Of a stretch of DNA of 64,000 nt, positions 56,601 through 64,000 are shown one piece after another. Positions within the stretch are counted from its first letter, which is position 1. Every line of letters begins with the position of its first letter. The position numbers were made by a program, and so were the translations under genes. Under the pieces are notes generated by a model. It saw nothing but the letters and a program-made list of their open reading frames with translations, did no database searches and had not been told where the DNA came from. The stretch covers positions 96,001 to 160,000 of the forward strand of contig CAXXJS010000028.1 in NCBI GenBank assembly GCA_963662665.2, in the 5' to 3' direction. This DNA comes from Candidatus Latescibacterota bacterium. GTDB taxonomy: Bacteria > Latescibacterota > UBA2968 > GCA-2709665.

Positions 56601-59168
56601 ACGGGCGGCATTCCACCAGAGCTTGGACAGTTAACCAGACTCACCTATTTGAATCTGTTCGGGAATCAACTGACGGGCGGGATTCCGCCGGAACTTGGGC
56701 AACTCACAAACCTCACGTCCTTGACCCTTGCCGCGAGTGGGTTAACGGGGGAGATCCCACCGGAGCTTGGAAGGTTGACCAGTCTCGAAATGGTGCGTCT
56801 TGATGGAAACAGGTTTTCGGGCAAGATACCCGTGTCACTGGGGCAGTTGACCAATCTCAACCGCTTAAGCCTTACTGGTAACAGGTTAACGGGACGGATC
56901 CCGCCAGAGCTTGCACAACTCACGAATCTCGAATCGCTGGAACTTGGGAATAATCGGTTGACGGACGAGATACCCCCGGCACTCGGACGGTTGTCTGTTC
57001 TCCGAAATTTGTCCCTTAGTGGTAATGAGTTAACGGGAGGTATTCCACCGGAGCTTGGGCGTCTCACCAATGTCATACAACTGGGAATTGGCCACAACCA
57101 GTTGACGGGTGGGATTCCCACGGAATTGGGACGTCTGGCCGATCTTGGATGGTTGTTTCTTGACAATAACCAGTTAACCGGTGAGATACCTGCCGAAATG
57201 GGCCAGCTGACAAATCTCTGGGGGTTGTACATCGGCCACAACCAGCTGACGGGTGGGATACCCACCGAAATGGGACAGTTGGCTGATATCCATGAATTGT
57301 CCCTTAACAATAACCAGTTGACCGGTGAGATACCTGCCGACTTGGGAAAGCTGACCAATCTACAAAGATTGAATCTTTCCTCAAATCGGCTGTCCGGCAA
57401 GATCCCGGCGGAACTGGGGCAACTCATCTATCTCGAACAGTTGGACCTCAGCGTCAACCAGTTGTCCGGTGAGATACCTCCGGAACTGGGCAATCTCGGA
57501 AGCCTGCAATCGCTGGATCTCTCATTCAACGGCGCTCTGTCAGGGAGCCTTCCCCACACATTAACCAATCTAAGCCTGGAATCCTTGGGTTTGAAAGAAA
57601 CGCTCCTGTGTGTCCCGGAGGGAATCGAATTCCTGGCGTGGCTTGGTAGTATTCCGGACAGCCGTGTGCCGAACTGCGCCCGTATCGACATGTCAACCGT
57701 TTATCTGACGCAGGCGACACAGTCTCTCGAATATCCCGTGCCTCTGGTGGCCGGCGAGCCGGCACTCCTGCGCGTATTCGTCACCGCGGCGCAGGACGCG
57801 AATGCCACCATGCCCCCCGTGATGGCGACCTTCTACCTGGAAGACGCCGAGGTACATACTGCGGAAATCGAAGGCAAGGCGAACAGCATCCCGTGGCAGG
57901 TCAACCAGGCGTCATTGTTGAATTCGGCCAACGCGGTGGTGCCGGGCTCGTTGGTGATGCCGGGACTGGAGATGGTTGTGGAGATCGATCCGGACCGGAC
58001 GCTGGACCCGAGTCTGGGCATCGGCGCTCGATTGCCCGCGACGGGTCGGACTGCATTGGATGTGAGGTCCTTGCCACCGTTCGAACTGACGCTGGTCCCG
58101 TTTCTCTGGAGTGAGAATCCCGATAGTACCGTATTGACCGAAACTGAGGACCTGTCTTCCGAATCCGATCTGTTCCGGTTGACCCGCGACATTCTTCCAG
58201 TGAAAGACTTCAGATTGACCATCCACGAGCCCGTGTTGACTTCGGTGGATCCCACGGGAAACAATCACGAAACATTAATGCCTGGAATCGAGGTGATTTT
58301 TGCCATGGAAGGGAGGAAGGGGCATTATATGGGCGTCGTCAGAGAGACTGACGAGGATGGCGTACAAGTGCGAGGGATAGCACAGTTACCCGGATACGTA
58401 AGTCTGTCCATCCTCGACGGAAACGTCATCGCGCACGAACTTGGGCACAACCTGAATCTCTATCACGCCCCCGGGTGCGGCACAATTGGTACCGATCCCG
58501 ATTTTCCGACGGAGGACGGATCCATCGGCGCGTGGGGGTACGATTTCCTCAATGAAACTCTTGTGAATCCCGAAACGTCGGACCTGATGTCGTACTGCTG
58601 GCCACAGTGGATCAGCGAGTTCAGTTTTTCCAGGGCGCTACGCCATCGCTACCATGAAACAGGCAGGCGTGAGGCAGCGGCCTACACAGGTTCGACAAGG
58701 GGCTTGTTGCTGTGGGGCGGCATGAACGGCGACAAGGAGCTATTCCTCGAACCGGCGTTCGTGGTCAGCGCCCCGCCTTCTCCACCGCGGATGGACGGTC
58801 CGTACCGGCTCACGGGAGAGGCTGAAGACGGAAGCACCGTATTCGACGTGGCATTCGGTATGGCCGAGATCGCGTGCGGCGGCACGGGCGGCGCCTTCGC
58901 TTTCATTCTTCCCGTGCAGCCTGACTGGTCAGCCAGGCTGGCTCGCGTTACGCTCTCAGGCCATGAAGGCGTCTCGACGCTGGACGGCGAGGAGGGCGCC
59001 GCCGCCGCGCTGCTGCTGGACCGCTCAACAGGAAATGTCCTTGGTATCCTGCGAGACTGGTCAGAGCCGGCCGCGAAACGGGCCGCCGCCAGCCTTGGGC
59101 TGCCGGAACCGGACCTGGAGGTCCTCGTCAGCCGCGGCATCCCGGATGCGGCCTCGTGGACGCGATGA
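53679..59168 (+). CDS. Giant secreted protein: dockerin/EF-hand, three capped plant-type LRR solenoids, C-terminal metzincin (M66-like) protease
   Basis: DFDGNGTVGFSDF / DLDGDGAIGFPDF, about 41 24-aa repeats LxGxIPxELGxLxxLxxLxLxxN, HELGHNLNLYH and Met-turn DLMSYC. Confidence 0.93.
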   Translation: MRRLHSSERRSTGNGAKSASIFAATSLAVLIGLGALYSQASLPHSAGSPDFDGNGTVGFSDFVLFAEAFGSDKGATGFDARYDLDGDGAIGFPDFVIFASRFGEKVPVSGGDRDALVALYKATDGPNWENNANWLTEQDPSTWHGVSLHNGRVTALVLAENNLSGTIPRELGQLADLEWLNLRWNELTGPIPKELGQPTNLTQLSLELNELTGPIPSELGRLTRLTKLDLGWNELTGSIPKELGRLTDLKELDLGLNQLTGPIPSELVRLTNLTELDLARNELTGPIPKELGQLTNLTRLRLYGNELTGTIPSELGQLTNLTELDLENSQLTGPIPAELGQLTNLTELDLSVNRLTGPIPAELGQLTNLTRLILYGNQLTGGIPPELGRLTKLQNLSLTKNQFSGGISPELGKLTNLHSLFLSDNPLNGTIPKELGQLINLDLLYLSRNKLTGEIPPELGQLTNLTELALSWNSLNGGIPPELGQLTNLRSLDLSVNSLNGPIPAELGQLTRLKYLRLWVSGLIGEIPPELGQLTELETLDLSWNNNLTGPIPPELGKLSKLRVLDLDLNDLTGSIPRELGQLAGIESLDLSDNDLTGPIPSELGQITYLTQLLLNSNDLTGPIPAELARLTNLELLWLGNNQFAGPIPPELGQLTSLTELKLGGNELLGTIPPELGQLTSLTELKLGGNELLGTIPPELGQLTNLRTLYLYGNEELTGPLPQSFLGLDLRHFEFQGTQVCIPATAEFQEWLEGIPDKIVTAECAFPERDALVALYNGADGPNWTNRTNWLSTPTLGEWYGVTADADGHVTRLDLQKNNLRGTIPHQLGQLTHLNTLNLASNAALLGPVPVGLTRLSLDSLALDGTQLCAPPRTEFQTWLNRIPNRTEIDRCTDARADYYALVELYNGTDGSNWRNATNWTGKAPLGDWYGVTTDGGGRVTRLDLYENNLSGTIPRQLGQLAHLTFLDLGDNQLTGGIPPELGQLTRLTYLNLFGNQLTGGIPPELGQLTNLTSLTLAASGLTGEIPPELGRLTSLEMVRLDGNRFSGKIPVSLGQLTNLNRLSLTGNRLTGRIPPELAQLTNLESLELGNNRLTDEIPPALGRLSVLRNLSLSGNELTGGIPPELGRLTNVIQLGIGHNQLTGGIPTELGRLADLGWLFLDNNQLTGEIPAEMGQLTNLWGLYIGHNQLTGGIPTEMGQLADIHELSLNNNQLTGEIPADLGKLTNLQRLNLSSNRLSGKIPAELGQLIYLEQLDLSVNQLSGEIPPELGNLGSLQSLDLSFNGALSGSLPHTLTNLSLESLGLKETLLCVPEGIEFLAWLGSIPDSRVPNCARIDMSTVYLTQATQSLEYPVPLVAGEPALLRVFVTAAQDANATMPPVMATFYLEDAEVHTAEIEGKANSIPWQVNQASLLNSANAVVPGSLVMPGLEMVVEIDPDRTLDPSLGIGARLPATGRTALDVRSLPPFELTLVPFLWSENPDSTVLTETEDLSSESDLFRLTRDILPVKDFRLTIHEPVLTSVDPTGNNHETLMPGIEVIFAMEGRKGHYMGVVRETDEDGVQVRGIAQLPGYVSLSILDGNVIAHELGHNLNLYHAPGCGTIGTDPDFPTEDGSIGAWGYDFLNETLVNPETSDLMSYCWPQWISEFSFSRALRHRYHETGRREAAAYTGSTRGLLLWGGMNGDKELFLEPAFVVSAPPSPPRMDGPYRLTGEAEDGSTVFDVAFGMAEIACGGTGGAFAFILPVQPDWSARLARVTLSGHEGVSTLDGEEGAAAALLLDRSTGNVLGILRDWSEPAAKRAAASLGLPEPDLEVLVSRGIPDAASWTR

Positions 59169-59378
59169 TGTAAGGATGCGGACATACTCGCGCAGCGATC
59201 TACCAGGGGCGACCGGCCGGTCGCCCCTACGAAAACCGGGCATCCGCGAATTGACTTGGTTTGGACTATTCGCTAACCTTTTTACCACTGCCTGTACTCT
59301 GATAGCTGGTTTCCCTTAGTGTCTTCGTGCCTTGTGTGAGTCGATGTTTTCTGTCTTACCTGAAATAAGGAGACCATT

Positions 59379-60359
59379 ATGTCCGATTATAAATGGATTT
59401 GCGTAACCGAAAACGCCGCCTTTGCAGGCCGCGACGGCGCCGGTGCGCTGGTGTTTCAGGATAAAATGTGGCTGCTGGGTGGCTGGAATCCCCGTGACAG
59501 GGTCAATTTTCCAATCATCTGCAACAGCGAGGTTTGGAGTTCCGGGGACGGGGAAACCTGGATCGAGGTGAACGATGAAGCGCCGTGGGAAGGGCGGCAC
59601 ACTGCCGGCTACGCCGTTCATGACGGGCGGATGTGGATCGTGGGAGGAGACTGCAACCAGGGGCACTATCAGAACGACGTCTGGCGCAGCGCGGATGGCA
59701 TGGCCTGGGAACGGATGTGTGATCCCGTGCCATGGGGGCCGAGGGTTTTGCACTATACAGCGGTTCACGACGGCAGAATCTGGGTCATGGGCGGCCAGAC
59801 CATCCCCCAATTCGCGGATGAAGAGGAGATCTTCTACAACGACGTGTGGCATTCGGCCGACGGCCGGACCTGGAACCGGGTCGTCGAAAACGCGCCGTGG
59901 GAGGCAAGGGGGATGATTGGCGGGAGCGCGGTATTTCAGGACCGGATCTGGATTCTGGGCGGCGGGACGTACGATACGCCCCGTATCAACAGCCGGAAGA
60001 TGTTCGGCGACGTATGGAGTACCGGTGACGGCGTCAATTGGGAGTTGCACACCCGTGCGGCCCCGTGGGCGCCTCGACAGTATCACGACGTGGGCGTGTG
60101 GGACGACAAACTGTGGGTGATGGAGGGCTGCTTTCACGAGGCGGCCCATCGTTCGATGGAAGAGGCGACCGGCAGCTGGAACCGGAACGACGTTTGGTAC
60201 AGCCCGGACGGGGTGAACTGGTCCGAACTGCCGGGTACGCCGTGGGCCCCGCGTCACGCCGCCAGTGTATTCGTCTATGACGACGCCCTCTGGATGGTGG
60301 CAGGCAACAACATGTTCCCGGACGTCTGGAAGCTGGTCCGCACGAATGTTGGCAAATAA
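59379..60359 (+). CDS. Kelch-repeat beta-propeller protein
   Basis: Six repeats of (M/I/L)W..GG....DVW.S.DG..W......PW..R. AAGGAG SD. Confidence 0.9.
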   Translation: MSDYKWICVTENAAFAGRDGAGALVFQDKMWLLGGWNPRDRVNFPIICNSEVWSSGDGETWIEVNDEAPWEGRHTAGYAVHDGRMWIVGGDCNQGHYQNDVWRSADGMAWERMCDPVPWGPRVLHYTAVHDGRIWVMGGQTIPQFADEEEIFYNDVWHSADGRTWNRVVENAPWEARGMIGGSAVFQDRIWILGGGTYDTPRINSRKMFGDVWSTGDGVNWELHTRAAPWAPRQYHDVGVWDDKLWVMEGCFHEAAHRSMEEATGSWNRNDVWYSPDGVNWSELPGTPWAPRHAASVFVYDDALWMVAGNNMFPDVWKLVRTNVGK

Positions 60360-60456
60360 CGACAAAGACATTCAGTCGGGCCGCGAAGCGCCGTGGACGG
60401 TGTTTCGCGGGACCCGAAAACGGTCTTCGAATGCGCCGTGGAAAGGACGTGGTCTC

Positions 60457-63174
60457 GTGGACGTAATTAACGTGTTGACGCTGGCAGTCTGCTGCGTGAT
60501 TGCACTGGGCTGGGCGCGGCCCGCTGGGGCGGAGCCAACCCGCCCGGTATATCGCGTCGATGCGTCTTCGGAAAGGGTGAATCGCCTGAAACGATCGGTA
60601 TCCAGGGTGATGTCGATGCCCGAAGCCGACATGGTGGCTCTGGTACCTGACAAAACGGGATTCCGGTTTATGGGCTGCCCGAACTGTGACGAGGGGACGC
60701 AGGAGGGGCAGTTGCGATGGTCGATATCGGATCCGCACCGGGTGAAATGTCGATTTTGCGACATGGTCTTTCCGAACGATCAGTATCCCGAGGATCGGGT
60801 GATGAAGGTGGTGAATCCGGTGGGCGTGGAGGTGGCATATCCCTACTGGGAGGACGCGACCGGTTACAGGTATCTGTTTTCGGCCAGGGGATGGCGTGAG
60901 GCGAGGACGTATTTTTCGAGGATCGCGCAACTGTTCGGTGAGTTGTACCAGATGACAGGTGAGCAACCGTATGCGCGGCGAGCCGCGTTGATTCTGAATG
61001 CGTTCGCCCGGTATTACCCGGGTTTCCTGGTCAGCCGCGACTGGCCGCACCGTCCCAAGGGATTCGCAACGGAGCCGCCATATCCAAATGGCGGCGGGAA
61101 ATGGGGGCGGTGGCGCCACGACGAGATGCCAACGAACCTGGTGTTCGCGTACGATTCGATCTACAACAGCGGCGAGTTGGAGCGGCTCTCGGAAGAGATG
61201 GGGACGGACGTGAAGGCGCGTATCGAGAACGACTTCTTCCGGGGCGCCATTCGACAAGACCAATTTCACGAGACCGATTACGGCAACGCGGGGCCGCGGA
61301 TATACGAAGGATATATTGCGATCGGGCGGGTCCTGGGAGATCCCGGGCTGGTACACGAAGGCGTAAGGCAAAGCCGGGAACTGTTCAGGCGGACGTTCTA
61401 CGAGGACGGGTTCTGGATGGAGGGCAGTGTAGGTTATCATCAGATGACGATGGGGGGAATGAACAGGGTATTCCGTGCCGTTCGGGGGTACAGCGACCCG
61501 CCGGGGTATGTGCATCCGGAGAACGGGACGCGCCTGGAAGACCTGGACCTGGAACGGGATATCGCAGTGATTACCCGGGCAAAACGAATCCTGGACATCT
61601 GCCGATATCCTGACGGGCGGCAGATGACAATGCACGACAACTGGGCGCACTTCAGGAACCTGCGGGTACCCGATCGCTCGGTCTCGACGTTGCTGGCCGG
61701 CGTTGGGCACGCGTGGCTCGGGCAGGGAAAGGTTGACGAACAGGTACAGCTGCATCTGCACTTTTCCGGGGGCTACGGGCACCAACACGCGGATAATCTG
61801 AACATGGGTCTTTTCGCCAACGGTCACGAACTGTTGCCGGACGTGGGGTACACGCACACGCGGCACCGGGTCTGGAGTACGAGCACGCTGTGTCACAATA
61901 CGGTCGTGATCGATGAGCGGCGGCAGCATACCGGGGGCCGATCCGGACCGTCAGACGGACGTCTGCTGGCCTTCGAACCGGGGTTTGACGCGGTGAAGTG
62001 GGTGGAAGCGAGTGGAGAGCGGGCGTACCCGGGGCTGGCGAAGGTCTACCGGCGCTCGCTGCTTCTGGTGAACGCCGGGGGTTCGGACGTGTACGCGGTG
62101 GACCTGTTTCGCGTGACCGGTGGCTCGCAGCACGACTGGGCGCTGCACGGGAATGCGGATGCGGACGGGGACGCGACGGTCAGCGTTCCGCTCGCGAATT
62201 ACGGCGAACACATGCTGCCCGGCGTGGACGTCCGAATGCCCACGGGTGAGTCGGACCGGGGGGACGCCGAAGGTCGGAATATCGCCTACGCGTATTTCCA
62301 GAATGTCTCTCGTGGCGCGGCTTCGGACGATCTGAAGATCACGTTCAGCATTGACGATTCACCCGCGGCGGTGCGGACGCATATTCCCGGACAGGCGGGC
62401 GCGGAGGTGTTCGTGGGGGATGCGATGTCGTTTCGACGAGCGGAGGAGAACGATGCGCTCCAGGACCGGATTCGGATGCCGATCTTCCTTCTTCGCCGGA
62501 AGGGAACGTCGCCGCTCTCGAGCCGGTTCATCGCGGTACACGAACCGTTCTCAGGATCGCCATTCATAGAAGACGTGCGTCTGGAAACGCTGGATGGAGA
62601 CGCGGTGGGGATCGCGGTGAGCCATCACGGCGTTGTCGATCATATCGTGTATCGGGGAGGACCGGGAGACAACGCCATATCCATCGGAGACCTGTCGCTG
62701 AATGGCGAAGTCGGATTCGTGAGGGAGCGGGACGGCCGTCCGGAAATGATGGGTCTGTGGGGCGGTACGCTGCTGAAGTGGGATCAGATCGTACTCGAAG
62801 GCAGCGGCGCCTATGAGGGCGAAGTGACAGGTACCCTGAGGACCGAAGCCGGCGCGCCGCACGATGCACTGATCGTAAGCGGCGAGTTGCCGAAGGGCGA
62901 GGCATTGAAGGGTGCGACCGCGATCGTGACGTTCGGCGACGGATCTACCCGGGGATGCCGGGTGCGAGGGGTCGCGCGCGAAGGAGGGAAGACACACGTG
63001 TTGCTGGAATCCGATCCCGGGTTCGACGTCGACAGCGAAGGCATGCGTCACCTGTTCTTCCCGCATCGCGAGATCCCCGGGACGGTACGTTACCGCCTCA
63101 GAACATCGGCCTTCGTTCACACCGCCGACCGCTCGCTCACCTCAATCGGCGAGGCGAAGTTTTCGGGGAATTGA
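60457..63174 (+). CDS. Secreted heparinase II/III family protein with N-terminal CxxC..CxxC motif
   Basis: Signal peptide ending ARPAGA; CPNC and CRFC; DGFWMEGSVGYH, GHQHAD, PDVGY and HNTVVID. GAAAGGA SD before GTG 60457 (alternative start 60346). Confidence 0.88.
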   Translation: MDVINVLTLAVCCVIALGWARPAGAEPTRPVYRVDASSERVNRLKRSVSRVMSMPEADMVALVPDKTGFRFMGCPNCDEGTQEGQLRWSISDPHRVKCRFCDMVFPNDQYPEDRVMKVVNPVGVEVAYPYWEDATGYRYLFSARGWREARTYFSRIAQLFGELYQMTGEQPYARRAALILNAFARYYPGFLVSRDWPHRPKGFATEPPYPNGGGKWGRWRHDEMPTNLVFAYDSIYNSGELERLSEEMGTDVKARIENDFFRGAIRQDQFHETDYGNAGPRIYEGYIAIGRVLGDPGLVHEGVRQSRELFRRTFYEDGFWMEGSVGYHQMTMGGMNRVFRAVRGYSDPPGYVHPENGTRLEDLDLERDIAVITRAKRILDICRYPDGRQMTMHDNWAHFRNLRVPDRSVSTLLAGVGHAWLGQGKVDEQVQLHLHFSGGYGHQHADNLNMGLFANGHELLPDVGYTHTRHRVWSTSTLCHNTVVIDERRQHTGGRSGPSDGRLLAFEPGFDAVKWVEASGERAYPGLAKVYRRSLLLVNAGGSDVYAVDLFRVTGGSQHDWALHGNADADGDATVSVPLANYGEHMLPGVDVRMPTGESDRGDAEGRNIAYAYFQNVSRGAASDDLKITFSIDDSPAAVRTHIPGQAGAEVFVGDAMSFRRAEENDALQDRIRMPIFLLRRKGTSPLSSRFIAVHEPFSGSPFIEDVRLETLDGDAVGIAVSHHGVVDHIVYRGGPGDNAISIGDLSLNGEVGFVRERDGRPEMMGLWGGTLLKWDQIVLEGSGAYEGEVTGTLRTEAGAPHDALIVSGELPKGEALKGATAIVTFGDGSTRGCRVRGVAREGGKTHVLLESDPGFDVDSEGMRHLFFPHREIPGTVRYRLRTSAFVHTADRSLTSIGEAKFSGN

Positions 63175-63324
63175 GGTGTAAAACACAACGCGACAACAGG
63201 ATGACGCGCACCCTCACCAGCTCATCATAACTCTTCTTGGACAGCACCCGGTAGCCCTGATTATGCGGGACATGCTGATCGTTTAAGCAGGATTATACTG
63301 TACTAAAGTACAGGATTCAAACAC

Positions 63325-63352
63325 GCCCTCCGTTCGATGCGGAGGGCTTTTT
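63325..63352 (+). terminator. Intrinsic terminator
   Basis: gccctccg-ttcgatg-cggagggc-ttttt. Confidence 0.85.
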
Positions 63353-63429
63353 ATATGGGTAAATTTCAAGCACGACAAGAGAAGGGCGGATCATCACGGT
63401 TGGCGTTTCAAAATCAGAGGAGGTTGACT

Positions 63430-64000
63430 ATGTCGAAGCGAACGGCACTGATTACAGGCGCATCTCGGGGATTGGGATTTGCACTCGCGCGTGAACTCGC
63501 ACGCCGGGGATGGCGATTGGTCATAAACGCAAGAGATTCGGAGGCACTGGAAGCCGCACGGGAAGAACTGGCAAAATGGACGGACGTTATCGCCGTTCCG
63601 GGAGATGTCACGGAGGCCGAACATCGTCTGGAGCTTTCTTGGGCCGCGCAAGGAGCCGGAGGGCTGGATGCCGTGATCAACAATGCCGGCATGCTTGGCC
63701 CGAGTCCACAGCCTGAATTGCTGGATTATCCACCCGACGTCCTGGAAGACGTGTATCGCGCCAATGTAGTTGCGCCTCTGGGTGTGCTGCAGGCGGTTCA
63801 ACAGGCGCTGAAGCCTGGCGCATGCGTGATCAACGTGACAAGCGACGCAGCCCGCGAGGCGTACGAGGGCTGGGGCGGATACGGTTCTTCAAAAGCGGCG
63901 CTTGAACAGCTTTCAAACGTGCTCGCCGCAGAACGTCCGGACTTGCGCGTGTACCGGGTGGATCCGGGCGATATGCGGACCCGGATGCATCAGGAGGCAT
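63430..64000 (+). CDS. Short-chain dehydrogenase/reductase (3' truncated; absent from the ORF track)
   Basis: MSKRTALITGASRGLG..NNAG..NVTS..YGSSK..VDPGDMRT. GGAGG SD. Confidence 0.93.
   Translation, partial: MSKRTALITGASRGLGFALARELARRGWRLVINARDSEALEAAREELAKWTDVIAVPGDVTEAEHRLELSWAAQGAGGLDAVINNAGMLGPSPQPELLDYPPDVLEDVYRANVVAPLGVLQAVQQALKPGACVINVTSDAAREAYEGWGGYGSSKAALEQLSNVLAAERPDLRVYRVDPGDMRTRMHQEA

Noticed and set aside
56666-57427. Repetitive minus-strand ORF (also 54122-54448)
   Set aside because: Antisense reading of the LRR repeats.
60034-61929. 631-aa minus-strand ORF
   Set aside because: Antisense shadow of the Kelch and heparinase genes.

Overview
GC-rich bacterial chromosomal window with about 36 genes and no rRNA, tRNA or CRISPR that I can support. 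The content includes 2 heparinase II/III proteins, 4 Gfo/Idh/MocA oxidoreductases, a PhyH dioxygenase and a dockerin+LRR+metalloprotease giant protein. This resembles uncultured FCB-superphylum (Latescibacterota/Gemmatimonadota-like) marine or sponge-associated bacteria, which is inference only. Left part: ATP-grasp-like fragment, larE, def, PHP, pncB, moaD, moaE, then catabolic genes. Centre (15.3-42.8 kb): an NtrC-type two-component pair transcribed divergently from a MacAB/FtsX-type ABC system with five paralogous permeases, one adaptor, one ATPase and an ECF sigma factor. Three sigma54 promoters in this block each carry the same tandem enhancer-like boxes 101-102 bp upstream. The permeases are separated by mosaic REP/BIME-like spacers built on a 168-bp unit, which also forms their 5' UTRs. 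The most unusual item is a four-helix-bundle (23S-IVP/Avd-like) gene enclosed by heptamer-repeat inverted ends. It lies next to an 'empty' copy of the same cassette, and about six ~125-bp miniature elements with the same ends are dispersed through the window. Other candidates: a tandem PhyH protein with an HxG (halogenase-like) site, an unannotated 24-aa Arg-rich ORF plus terminator, two structured leaders, and up to three frameshifts that may be assembly errors. All coordinates were read by eye and may be off by a few bases.
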